From: a virus
IMG/VR virus record: IMGVR_UViG_3300049043_000244
Span: 1 to 64,000 of that record
Direction: 5' to 3' (one strand)
DNA: 64,000 nt
Position numbers and translations under genes: made by a program
The notes under the pieces: generated by a model
Seen by the model: only the letters and a program-made list of their open reading frames with translations
What the model was told of the DNA's origin: nothing
The model's database searches: none
Shown: piece by piece, positions 36,948 to 47,882 of the stretch
Position numbering within the stretch: position 1 is the stretch's first letter
How the letters are laid out: every line of letters begins with the position of its first letter

Positions 36948-37706
36948 TACATACCTAAACCTAATTTAGCAACAATATAGTTTTTGACAAGTCCAGAACG
37001 AACGATATCATCAACTCCAAATTCTACCATGGAAAAATCATATTCCATTGCACGAATAATTTTCATAAAATCAAGAATCCCATTTTTTTCATGGGTTTTA
37101 ACAAGATCGGATTGAGTAGCATCACCACAGAATACAATCTTACTATTTTCACCAATACGAGTAATTATACTATCTAATTCGTGAAAGTTCAAGTTTTGCA
37201 TTTCATCAACTAACACGATTGCATTATCGAGAGTTGTACCACGAATAAAACTTGTTGACCAGAATGAAATCGTCTCTTGAGCTTTCAGATTACTATAGAG
37301 CATCTCGAAGTCCGCATCTGAAGGCAACTCAAACATGTACTTACACATGTTCTTATATGGAATTTGGTAGAGTGAAGATTTATCTTCATGATCTCCAGGA
37401 AGAAAACCGATTTCTCTTGTAGACACAAGAGATCTTACAATATAAACCTTTTCATAGGGTGTTCTTTCATCTAGAACATCTTTAAGTGCAAGATAAAGCC
37501 CAACGAATGTTTTTCCTGTTCCTGCGGCACCATAGGCAAAAATATTTTTGCCTTTTTTATATTCATCAAAAAAGATTTTTTGATTATCAGTTAACGGAGA
37601 AATGTCCGTCATTGAATCAGAATTAATTGGTTTTTTACGGCGCATTTGTTTTGCGCTCATACCGATACCAATGTTGCCGTTTGGAGGACTTTCTTGATCT
37701 TGGCAT
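36947..37706 (-). CDS. phoH: PhoH family ATPase
   Basis: GAAGTGKT; IGFLPG; FIRGTTLDNAIVLVDEMQN; GDATQSD; DIVRSGLV. Confidence 0.95.
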
Positions 37707-37707
37707 A

Positions 37708-37957
37708 CTAGATCTTCTTTACTCGTGAACCAGGTGCTTTTCGAGCTTCAGTGAGAACATCATTCCAGCCTGGATTTCTGGAAATGAGTTTGTCTTTCCA
37801 CTCGCCGACTTCACCCGCATTAGGGCATGTAGATGGATCGCTCCAATCTCTGTCCCAATTCCGGATTATTCCTCTTCCACTGATCCCAGTCGTGAACACT
37901 CATCGACACTTCTTTCTGTTCGCCAGTGGATTTATTAATAACAGGATAAGTCGCCAT
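37708..37957 (-). CDS. Conserved small protein upstream of phoH
   Basis: MATYPVINKSTGEQKEV...GWNDVL...KAPGS. Confidence 0.6.
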
Positions 37958-37990
37958 GAAATTTAATGTAGTTCAAGTTATAATTATTTA

Positions 37991-38837
37991 TTACAAAACC
38001 TTATGAGCAATGTAACTCTGAGAGGAGATTTGTTCTATGTTCCACTTTATTATAGGCTTTACATAATAATCGTCATCCTTTTTTAATTTAAATTTTTTGT
38101 AGTTGATTCTATTGTGTTTTTCTAAAATTAATTTATGAACAACATTATCATCATCAACATTGTTGTACTTTTTGATGTGATCTCTAATTGCGACTTCTAA
38201 ATGTTTTTTCTCATTGTATGCTTGAAATTCTTCCACTCTTTTCTTGGTTAAATGTGGCAAAGAAAAGAGAGTTTTTTCATCAAATTTGATATTCACGTGT
38301 TTTAAACCTAAGAGTAAAATTCTCTCATAAATTTCAGTATCTTCCCAGGCAGCAATTTATTCATGTTTTCATTGTATCCACCAATTTTAAAGTAATTTTC
38401 TTTTGATATGTACAAAGTACCCCAAAGTGGTTTTAAATACTTATAATTTTGATAGACATGTTTTGGATCAGACTTTGCATTTGTAAAATGCCAAGACTCA
38501 TCTGTACCTGTTAAAAATGACTTATCATCAATAGTATGATGATCAAAAAAATTGAAGTATGGATTCATGACAGTATCTGAATCCAATTTTAAGATATAAT
38601 CACTCTCAACTAAAGATGCGGCTAAGTTTAATGGTTGAGGTTGATTGAAATATGGTTCTTTTGGAACAGTGATGATCTTAATTCGACTATCTAATCGAGT
38701 TAAATGATTGACTGGTTTATCAGAATTCCAATCTGTTACGATGATTTCATTAACCTCGTCAAACTGAATCCATGAACTTATAGAAATTGTTAAAGCTTCA
38801 CCCTGTTTTTACAGGCAGATATTATCGAAATACTCAT
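37991..38837 (-). CDS. GT-A fold glycosyltransferase (GT2/GT7-like), paralogue 2
   Basis: ACKNR...DWNSD...LKLDSD...FKIGGYNENM. Confidence 0.75.
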
Positions 38838-39678
38838 ATTTTGACAGTTCGTATAATTGATCACTTATTTGGATGACTTCCCATTTATAAATTGGTTCCG
38901 AATACCAATCTACGTTTATTTCTTCATCTGGATTTTCTTTTGGTTCTAAATTAAGAACTTGAGTCATTCTAGATGATATTGGATATACATTATGATTTTT
39001 ATCTTTAGATAATTTTGCAATATATTTGTAGAGATCGTCACCCACCAAATCTTTTCCAAATTCACTTAAAATTTTAGTTATACTATTAAAGGATTCAAAA
39101 TTTTTTACTCGATCTTGATCTGTATGAGGAATATGTAGGGCAGAACACTTTTGTATATCAATTAGAATTGGATCGAGGCCATAGGATATTAATCTTACAG
39201 CCAACTCATCATCTTCCACTGCATAATACTTCCCATTATTTTCATTATATCCACCAACTTTTCTAAAAGTTTCGGTTTTTACATACAACAACCCCCAAAG
39301 AGAGTGTAAAAAATGAAAATCCATTCCTTCTAACAAATTGTTAGATCCTGACACAAAAGATTTTTCTGTAATTTTATGAATATCAAAAAAATTAAAATAC
39401 GGATTTAGTATGTGATCACAATCCAATTTGAGAAGGTTTTCATTTTTAACTAAAGATGCAACTAAGTTTAATGGTTGAGGTTGATTAAAGTATGGTTCAT
39501 TTTTTACATTAATAATTTTTATTTTTTCACTTAAAATTGTTAGATGATCTATGGATTCATCCGAATTCCAATTTGTTACAATAATTTCATCAACCTCATC
39601 AAATTGCATCCATGAAGCCATGGACATGGCTAGGGGCTTATTTCTATTTTTACATGCGGATATTATTGAAACTGACAT
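38825..39678 (-). CDS. GT-A fold glycosyltransferase (GT2/GT7-like), paralogue 1
   Basis: SACKNR...LKLDCD...KVGGYNEN...EDDELAVRL...HIPH. Confidence 0.8.
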
Positions 39679-39886
39679 TTTATCGGCTGATTTCAAGTTC
39701 TGAATAATCTAATTTTTGAAGTTCTTCTGGTTTAATTTCTTGAGTTTTGAACTCTCCGTTTTCAGTATATTCAATGATATATTTGTCGGGCGTCAGCTAC
39801 GATCGTGCATGAAGTCCAAACTTTGTCTTTTGTTACTGCCTGTGTTTGGTAATACATGTTACCTCCTTAGGGGGCATTGGTATATA

Positions 39887-40523
39887 TCACCATTCAAGCC
39901 TCAGAAACTGAAGGAAATTGTTGTTTAAAAACTTCTTTACAATCAAGAGCAATATCCATATGTTCTTTCTGAGTTCCATGAGCAGAACGAAGGTTGATAT
40001 AATGAATCCAGTCTACCGACAAGATCCCGTCATATAGATGCGTGTGGGGGTCGCCAAGGGCAATACAAACCTCGCGCACTCCTTTGCTACCCCAGCTCCA
40101 ACATCCTCTTGTAGAGGTTATTAGAGTGCGTAAACAGTTCAGCAATTTCTGTCTGAAATTTGAGTTTTACATAATCACCAAGATCATCTGTAGAATTTTG
40201 ACGATTCTTGGTGTCCTGACGACGAAGATCGGGAATCGGGATGTTTTCCGTCAATAAGGTAGTAATCAGCGATATCGTTGAGAGAACTCTTGAAATGTGA
40301 AACTACGATGGCGTAGGATCTGTGCCTGCAATACCACGAGTCGTCTCAATCTCAAGGGTCATAGAAGACTGTCTCAAACACAGACCAATGATTATGCTTA
40401 ATACAATAAGCAATGCAACTTGGCATAGTTTTCGTTGTCTTGATTCGCAGGATTGCTAACTCGTGCAATAAACGCCATTGTTTTTTCTGCATCGGGAGTT
40501 ACCGAAATAAGTTTTACTGTCAT
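39887..40523 (-). CDS. thyX: Flavin-dependent thymidylate synthase (frameshifted)
   Basis: ARVSNP...HWSVFE...[17 protein letters not shown]...[17 protein letters not shown]. Confidence 0.9.
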
Positions 40524-40534
40524 TTAATTCCTCA

Positions 40535-40703
40535 ATCAGGGTAAGCCGTCATCATCTTCAAAGACCTCATCATAATCAGAGATGTGATCTTTATGTTGTT
40601 TTATTTGTTTATAAGAATCTAGATCAGAATAAATTTCTGATTTTAATGCATTTAGAAGCAATTCCATGTTTCTTACAATCAATTTAAGTCTTTCTTTATC
40701 CAT
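40535..40703 (-). CDS. Hypothetical protein
   Basis: MDKERLKLIVRNMELLLNALKSEIYSD...YDEVFEDDDGLP. Confidence 0.6.
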
Positions 40704-40734
40704 GATTATGCATAATCTCTAACTATTTTACTAC

Positions 40735-40760
40735 AAAAAAAGGAGGGTGTAAACCCTCCT
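40735..40760 (-). terminator. Terminator closing the riboswitch cassette
   Basis: AGGAGGGT-ttac-ACCCTCCT followed by a T run on the minus strand. Confidence 0.8.
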
Positions 40761-40765
40761 GAGTA

Positions 40766-40865
40766 TCATCTCGTTCCAACTAAATGTACGATTTTCAGCT
40801 TGGTGACGACGATCTTCTTTTTGTTTTTGTTCTTTAATAAGTTGAAGGAAGTTAAGTTTTTTCAT
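40766..40865 (-). CDS. Small basic peptide (about 33 aa) coupled to DUF4278
   Basis: MKKLNFLQLIKEQKQKEDRRHQAE...; ATGA overlap with the upstream stop. Confidence 0.55.
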
Positions 40866-41026
40866 TTTAAACCTCCCTTTGACTTTTCCATTGAAAACTT
40901 ATATCCGTTTTCATCTACCCAGAACATCGTTCCACGATAGATTTCCACATGAGGTTCTCTTTTAAAAGTTTGGTTTGGGCGATCGTTGGTGTCATATTCC
41001 ACACCACGATATACGACTTTAGACAT
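40862..41026 (-). CDS. DUF4278-like protein, 54 aa (not in the ORF track)
   Basis: MSKVVYRGVEYDTNDRPNQTFKREPHVEIYRGTMFWVDENGYKFSMEKSKGGLK*; two YRG motifs; SD AAGGAG. Confidence 0.8.
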   Translation of the reverse strand: MSKVVYRGVEYDTNDRPNQTFKREPHVEIYRGTMFWVDENGYKFSMEKSKGGLK

Positions 41027-41057
41027 TAGGTTTCTCCTTAATTTTGAGGCTGAAGAG

Positions 41058-41230
41058 CGTTCCTTCAGTCGGCTTTTTGCGTCTATGAAAAACTTACAAG
41101 TCTTTGGAGATCCTTCTTTAAAAATCTGAATGAGTTCAGATCTTTCAGCTCATCCATTTTTAGTTTTACATTACCAATAAGTCTTTGACTTGTACACAAG
41201 TCCAGAGAATTGTTTCCATAGATGAACGAT
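41058..41230 (-). ncRNA. glnA-type glutamine riboswitch aptamer 2 with about 120 nt inserted in the P2 loop
   Basis: AUCGUUCA-UCUAUGGAAA[insert]UUUUCAUAGA-CGCAAAAAGCCGACUGAAGGAACG; P1 CGUUC/GAACG and a 10 bp P2. Confidence 0.65.
41065..41219 (-). CDS. Putative small ORF nested inside aptamer 2
   Basis: Starts METILWTCVQ; as read it stops after 17 aa, while another frame reads ERSELIQIFKEGSPKTCKFFIDAK; a peptide of about 50 aa needs indel corrections. Confidence 0.45.
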
Positions 41231-41276
41231 CCGTTCCGAGTCGGCTTACTTCCGTCTGGTTTTCCAGATGAACGAT
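41231..41276 (-). ncRNA. glnA-type glutamine riboswitch aptamer 1
   Basis: AUCGUUCA-UCUGG-AAAA-CCAGA-CGGAAGUA-AGCCGACU-CGGAACG: P1, P2 and the GGAAGUA junction of the glnA motif. Confidence 0.75.
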
Positions 41277-41282
41277 AGGAAT

Positions 41283-41312
41283 ATTATACTTCCCGTGATC
41301 TTATATAGTCAA
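41283..41312 (-). promoter_or_regulatory. sigma70-type promoter of the riboswitch cassette
   Basis: TTGACT-N18-TATAAT; predicted +1 near 41276, the first base of aptamer 1. Confidence 0.75.
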
Positions 41313-41319
41313 GTACTTT

Positions 41320-41335
41320 TGTAACTTTTGTTACA
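41320..41335. promoter_or_regulatory. NtcA binding site
   Basis: TGTAACTTTTGTTACA = GTA-N8-TAC with extended palindromic flanks, 8 bp upstream of the -35. Confidence 0.75.
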
Positions 41336-41342
41336 ATTTTAT

Positions 41343-41541
41343 TTAACTTTGCTGGATAATTGTGACTCCAACTCATTGATACGACTGAACTCATAATCAA
41401 GCTGTTCCGATTTCTCGTGAAGAATATCCATGAGATCATCGTAAACCACTTCAATATCTACATAGTCATTGAAATAAGTTTCAAGGCTACCCGAAGATAT
41501 CTTTTACGATTCCATTCTGGGGAATAGGGTTTATATTCCAT
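41343..41541 (-). CDS. Hypothetical protein
   Basis: MEYKPYSPEWNRKRYL...YFNDYVDIEVVYDDLMDIL. Confidence 0.55.
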
Positions 41542-41587
41542 GATAAAAATATTGTATGCGATTATTATAGGTTATTTGGTGATTATT

Positions 41588-41909
41588 GTCAATCTCTTTG
41601 GCACAGTCGTCTGGTTTATCTTCAGTCCACCAGTCAACCATATCATCTACACTGTCAAATCCACGTTTACCAAAACGATCAAATCCAGTTCCACCAATAT
41701 CAAGTTGGTTCAAAAAATCATCCATATCTCCTTCTTGCATGTTGGGATTTTCGGATGTTCTTCTAGCCTGACGAAGCAGTGTTCCCGCAGTGCGATTTTA
41801 CCTTTCCAAGTTTCTCCACCAAATCATATCTTCCAAACTCACCTCTTCATGTTTAGCAATTTTATTGCAAATACCTTCTAAACGTAGGCGATATTGTGTA
41901 GAGAGCATA
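41588..41909 (-). CDS. Hypothetical cyanophage protein
   Basis: MLSTQYRLRLEGICNKI...DDFLNQLDIG...DKPDD. Confidence 0.65.
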
Positions 41910-41930
41910 ATTAATCTCCATATAAGGTTA

Positions 41931-42647
41931 TTTAGATTGTACTAAGTACATCAATGGTCGGAAACCATCCAATACTTTTCATGAGAGAAATGTCTACAAC
42001 GTTGTCTTCCCTCTCTCCTGGAGTTTCTTCTAGAACTGGAAGATGTCCTTGTCCAAATGCTTTTCCAAGATCTCTTACAGAAACAGATTTTCCAGTTCCA
42101 ATCGTAACTGGGCCCAGTGATCATCACTACTTGCAAGATGCCGAATTGCACGACAAACATCTTTTACGTGAATCCAATCGCGTTTATGATTGGTTACATA
42201 TTTTGCCTTTCCGTCCTTTAATAGATCATACATCATGTTTCCACGACCACCAGGGCCGTAAACAGTTGTAAACCTCATACCAACTGAATTGGAGGAGCCA
42301 TTTGTTCATTAATCCACTTAGTCATCGCATATGGATTAGTCCAGTATCTTTCTTCAACTGCGCTTGAAGAAGCATAAAGAAGTCTAGTATTAGTTTTTCT
42401 ACACCACTCAAACAAAGGTTTTGCAAATGCAACATTGTTTTCGTAATATTTTTGAGGATTTTCTTGACTTTCACGAATGTCCGCATATGCAGCTAAATGA
42501 ATCACAAGATCATAATCTCCCCCAGAAAAATCTCTAACATCGTCTGGACGATCCAATCCAGTTACCCATTGATTATGAGTTTCTCTCCAATCATTAAAAA
42601 CATGTTTACCAATAAATCCTTTATGTCCAGGTGATTAAAACTTTCAT
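41931..42647 (-). CDS. NAD-dependent epimerase/dehydratase (frameshifted)
   Basis: MKVLITGHKGFIG; IHLAA; YASSS; YAMTK (YxxxK); RFTTVYGP; RDWIHV. Confidence 0.85.
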
Positions 42648-42653
42648 AAAATA

Positions 42654-42982
42654 TTATCTTTCAATATAACTCAAAGTATGATTTGATAGCATTTAATTGT
42701 TCTATAATTATATCACAACCAATCTTTGGATCGCAATCACCACAGGTATAAACATCACATGCGGCTTTACCATCTTCTGGCCATGTATGGATACTTATGT
42801 GACTTTCGGATAATAAACAGAGAACCGTTACTCCTTGAGGATCAAACTTTTGAAATATCGTCTGAAGTACAGTTGCACCACTCAGCTGATGCTGCACTAC
42901 TCCAAAAGATCCATAAGAAATGCTCATCGTTCAGGTGACCGAATGAGCATCCAAATAGGTTAAGAAGATAGTGTTTGCCCAT
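42654..42982 (-). CDS. speD: S-adenosylmethionine decarboxylase proenzyme
   Basis: MGKHYLLNL...FDPQGVT...LLSESHISIHTWPE...DVYTCG. Confidence 0.9.
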
Positions 42983-43156
42983 CTATGTAGGATTATCCTC
43001 CTGATCCTTGAGTAAACGACTGACGATTTGTTCTCTCCCGTCCATCATAGACTGCTGTGTAAATAGAAGATCTCATATACCTTTTAATTTTTTTATACTG
43101 TTTTTTAACTTCTTTAAGAGCATCAAGATTCATCTCAATGTTCATATCACCAGAAA

Positions 43157-43414
43157 TCACCTCTTTCTCTTCTTGTCTGGGGGTTGATAATTCCAAGTTT
43201 TTGGATTGATTGTTCCTTCTGTCCATTTAATACCTCTTACATCCCTATATTTGTCCCAATAAAAATTAAAAATGTCATACTGAGATCCAGCCTGAACAAT
43301 ATCATATTGCGTTTCTTCATCTACACCATAAGATACTAAATACGAATTTCGTGGTAAATCACGATTTTTAGCAGCAGATGGATCACAATCCACATGAATA
43401 ATATTCACGGACAT
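43157..43414 (-). CDS. Hypothetical cyanophage protein
   Basis: IIHVDCDPS...IFNFYWDKY...INPKTW. Confidence 0.6.
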   Translation of the reverse strand: MSVNIIHVDCDPSAAKNRDLPRNSYLVSYGVDEETQYDIVQAGSQYDIFNFYWDKYRDVRGIKWTEGTINPKTWNYQPPDKKRKR

Positions 43415-43415
43415 A

Positions 43416-43900
43416 TCAAGAACGATTCCCCCACTGAATATCAGGATACGCCTCTGAAACAAGTTCTTTGGTGATATTGTATTTAGTTTGTAATTTTTTA
43501 TCCTTTACAAGACATAACACTTCAGCTTCTCCTGGATGAAAGGACTCTAGCATATTGATGAACATCGTTTCTTTGCGAAGTTTGTTCATTGCGTCATTAC
43601 CACCCTTTACAAAGTTATAGAACTTACTCCATTCTTTGCGAATGTTTGAGGATGGGGATTTTTCAGCGTTTTCACTTTCTTGAATTGGAACTTCACCTTC
43701 AGGAAGAACTGATATAATAGAATCATCAAAGTTCCAAATCAAGAGAGATTTAAGGAAATTTTCATTGTATTGCTGAAGGATTCCAATTTTTTTATCCTTT
43801 GTTCTTTCTCCAACTACAGCTCGCAAGAATCTCATGAACATATGATGTTGGGGTGAGTTGAATTTTTTCTACTCGATTTTAAAGCAGTAGAAGTAGTAAT
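43416..43900 (-). CDS. Conserved T4-like cyanophage protein
   Basis: LIWNFDDSI.S.LPEGEVP...FYNFVKGGND...RKETMFINMLE.FHP.EAE. Confidence 0.7.
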
Positions 43901-43940
43901 ATTTTTTGCAACGGGAGATCTCGCAGTTATTCTAGATCTT

Positions 43941-44172
43941 CTATTGGTTGTCGTCGTCTTCTTCGTAGTCGTCATGGCTGTTTTCAAATCGTACTGCAAT
44001 TACTTCGTCTGGAATAAGATTTCCATTACCATCAAACATTTCTGGATGAACAAATACTTGTTGTGGAGTAGAAAAAACCACATGTTCTTTCCATAACCAT
44101 CCAATTATACCACCAATCATTAGGAACATGAAAGATACCATGCAAAAGATGGCAACTACTGGTGCTGCTCAT
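43941..44172 (-). CDS. Small membrane protein
   Basis: Transmembrane segment then HPEMFDGNGNLIPDEVIAVRFEN. Confidence 0.6.
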
Positions 44173-44371
44173 GAATTTGCCTCCGAGAGATTTACTTGTT
44201 TTTTATATCGAATGAAAATTCAAAATAGATGTTTATCTCTCGTTTGAGGAGAGTAACCATCTTACCAAAACTAAATTGAAATGTTTTTGGTTCTTCAGGC
44301 GTACTCCTCCTTTTTCTTAACAACAACTCCACACCTTTATTTATGTGGAGCTCATTATCTCCACTCATAAT

Positions 44372-44608
44372 TTAAATTAATGAAAGAACTCTAAGATAGT
44401 CAATAGTATCTTTACACCCACCAATATGTTTATCATCCATCACAACCTGCGGAAATGTAGATCCATTACCAAATTCTGAATAAAATTCTTTTTTAGTAAA
44501 ATGTTCATCAAGAGTATAAACAACATAGTCCTTTCCACACAGTTCAAGGACTTTTTTTACTTTATAACAATATGGACAATCTTGTTTTGAATAAACAGTG
44601 AACTTCAT
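44372..44608 (-). CDS. nrdC: Glutaredoxin
   Basis: CPYC; TFPQV; HIGGC. Confidence 0.92.
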   Translation of the reverse strand: MKFTVYSKQDCPYCYKVKKVLELCGKDYVVYTLDEHFTKKEFYSEFGNGSTFPQVVMDDKHIGGCKDTIDYLRVLSLI

Positions 44609-44652
44609 TTCATTTGTGATATTTTGTAATATTTAGAACTGTGAGCTCAGAA

Positions 44653-44681
44653 ATAATACACCAAAATTAATATTATGTCAA
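44653..44681 (-). promoter_or_regulatory. sigma70-type promoter (with downstream CTAAATA) for glutaredoxin
   Basis: TTGACA-N17-TATTAT; CTAAATA at 44630-44636. Confidence 0.6.
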
Positions 44682-45363
44682 TATATACTATTCATCCAAT
44701 GGATACCAGTTCTCCAAGTTTTTGTATCGGGGGTGTCACATTTTAGATTCCAAGAACGAACTAAAAGTTCCGTGAACAATTCCATTTTTTCTGGGCAGAC
44801 AGACGCTGGATTATCATTGATTGCATTTTAAGAGCTGCCAATTCTTTCCATTCTAAATCCGTAAGTTGTTCAGTCTTTGGTTGTGAGTAACTCATTAGGT
44901 CTCCTGCGATTGTGTTCAAATTCTAACACAATCTTATGTCATTATCTATAAACTTAATAATCTCTTTGGGATTACGTTACATTACTTAATGAACTTATCT
45001 AATGCATCAAGATCATCTCGAAGTTCTTTTTCTTTTTTGATCATGGTAATAAGACCACAGAGCATTATGAACGTCCATAAGGTGATCTACCCAGAAACCA
45101 GAGGGATAAATTCCAGAGCATCTTGAAGACCACGATGGCTGGTTCCTTCTTCTTCTCCCTACACATAATGTAGCAGATTGCCTGAATCATATCAAGTTTA
45201 TCTTCTTCAGAAAGCATAAAATACTTTCCTACTGCTCTCTCCTTTGCCTCTTCATTTGACTTCTGAAGTTGTTTGTAAGCATCTGAATCCCACCACTCTT
45301 GTAGTGCATTTACCAAGATTATTTGGTTTTTGTAGTTCTTCTGGATTTATCACTGGTTGATTT

Positions 45364-45836
45364 TCATCCATAATGATACTGTCTCCATTCTTCAACATTG
45401 GTTCGTTTCGAGATCAAAAATTATTTTGTTTAGTGGGGCTTTTGGTTTTCGCATTAATTTCATTCCCGTATGTTCCAAAAGCGTATTCCTTTTTGGTGTT
45501 ACAAGAACTACATGCAACTACTAGATTTTCCCAAGAATCATCTCCACCCCGAGAGCGAGGAACTATATGATCTATAGTCAATTTAGATCTAGCTCCACAA
45601 TACTGGCAAGTATTATTATCTCGTTTGTAAATCATTGAACGAGATGGAGAAATGTCCATTATTTTAGATAATGGCAATTTCACATAGTCTAGGAGTCGTA
45701 TCACTCTACTTGAAAGCACTTAACTTTTCTTTGAGGAGAAGAACAATAACTCTTTCCAGTTTGTAAAATTGATTGGTTCATAACTAGAATTTAAAACCAA
45801 TACCGTTTTATGTGGTTCTATTGGTAACTCATGCAT
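45364..45836 (-). CDS. HNH endonuclease (McrA-like)
   Basis: [10 protein letters not shown]...[13 protein letters not shown]...[25 protein letters not shown]. Confidence 0.85.
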
Positions 45837-47511
45837 GACCTTTTATAGGACTATCATTAACTATCTAGTCAAGTTCCAAACGGACCCCAACGACCCCTTT
45901 TACCATCCTCATCACCATTCATTCTGCACTTCAAGTTTATCAAGAATAGAATCCGTTGTCATTACAGATTCAATACGATCTCGATAAGCATCTGCAATCA
46001 CGCTTACCAAACCATCGGGCGTTCTTGACGAGCAGCATACGCAAGTGCGTTGCGAAGAGCTTTGTTCTGACTTCTTTAAAGATTCTTCAACAGATTGTGA
46101 TAGTACAGTTAATTTAAGTAGTAATTTTTGATCGGATTTGTTGGAATTCTTCCACAATTTCCAGAATTCTTCTAGATGTTTTCTTTCCTCTTCTTCATTC
46201 CAACTGGGTTGAGAAACACTTAAAAGATAATGATAAATTTCATCTGAAATTGCATCTATAAGTTTATCGTAATTAGTCATTTTTTTGCATTGTATAAAAA
46301 ATTGTGGTAACGAAAGAACCTCTGTATTTTCTAGATCCTTACAACGAGGATAATAAAATCCAGTCACTATAACAAGCATCTTCTGGGTCTTGTTTATCAT
46401 ATTTTAACACATAGTTCTGGTAGTTGTCTAAAATTACAGAGTTCTCCTTGCATCTTGATGAAGTTATCAACGCATAGTCTACTTACAAACAGCAATCCCG
46501 CGAGAAACAGTAACCGAAGTCAGCATCAACACCCATACATTCCAAGTGGTTCAGTTACCTTCTGGGGGTAAGCAGAACCATCACCTTGATCCACCCATTA
46601 CATGTGACCTTCTATCAATTTACAGCTAATGATCAGGGATGATACACAATAACATTTCATCAGGTAATCTTTGACTTCAACGACAGATAAGAACCCACTT
46701 CTACCCTGTATCCACCCATTCAATCATATCACCTTCTTTCAGATTTGGCTACAGTCTTACCAATCATCGGGAGACTGATACGCACATATACATCTTCAGT
46801 CGAGTTGGATCATTTCATCTTGTGGAACCCATTCTACAGCGACAGAAGCCATTTTCGACTTTCCCCGTTTATATTCTTCTGGATAATAATTCTCTTCCCA
46901 GAAAGTCATTCCAAGATTTTTGACACTCTGAAGATGGATCATCTTTATCGCAAAGAGAAACTTCCAGTTGAAGTGTATTGATGTTCTGTATCACCATCCA
47001 CGCATACATCACCTACAGATCTCTACACTTCCAAGCATCCTTGAACTTTTCATCAAACTCTGCAAGGTAATACTGAAGGAATTCATCAACTGCATTAAGA
47101 AGATGTTCTACCTTTTCATGTTTGTGTTCTTGGTGTGCATCAATCGCACAATCCAAGATTTCACGGGCAGAACAAATCTTTGAAGTCACTGTTTCCAGTT
47201 CATTCATCGTGTTCCATACATTTTGATACTTAACAGGCATAATTAAAACCAAGAACCTTTCAATGATTTGTGTGATTGTTTCATTCCTTATAGAGTTTTT
47301 TAATCTCCGTATAGGCATCTTCAGGAACTCATCTTACCACCGATTCCATCTTCGTCAAGTAGGAGACGTGATGTGAGAAGTTATTGAGATTGTTGATTGT
47401 TGCAATATCCAGAAAACTCATATTTGCATCTGGATTGATTGGAGGCATTGGATACAAAAACTCTTCTTTTAGCTGTTTTTGGGTGTTGTCATTTATCCAA
47501 AGAGAATTGAC

Positions 47512-47717
47512 TCATAGTATAGGGTTCTGCAGGATGTCAATACGAGCAGTCCAGTGCCTACATTTTCCATCAGTTCATAGATGAGATTTGTGTTTTCTAT
47601 ATTTTCTTCTTCCAGTCTTTTAATATCTTCCAGAGCACCTTGATATTTCTCTTGAAGTTCTTCGATTAAATCAAGAAGATTTTGATCGCTTCCATATTTT
47701 TGATACTCAACTGGCAT
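47512..47717 (-). CDS. Coiled-coil protein, paralogue of 58052..58288
   Basis: LQEKYQGALEDIKRLEEENIENTN.IYEL. Confidence 0.55.
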
Positions 47718-47882
47718 CTTCACAATTTTCAAGTGACACTCAATTATACACTTAACTTCATCATCTGTCAAGCCATTCATCCATGACCACCTTTCGTCTT
47801 TTGGATCCCACTCAAAAGCAAAAGAACCATCTGGATTTTGAATAATGTTTAAGCCAGATTCATGTATTTTTGTTTTTTTCAT

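Noticed and set aside
44940-44995. Pho box or NtcA-like site upstream of the small gene at about 44705-44895
   Set aside because: TTAA and GTA/TAC words are present but the spacing fits neither consensus in this AT-rich sequence.
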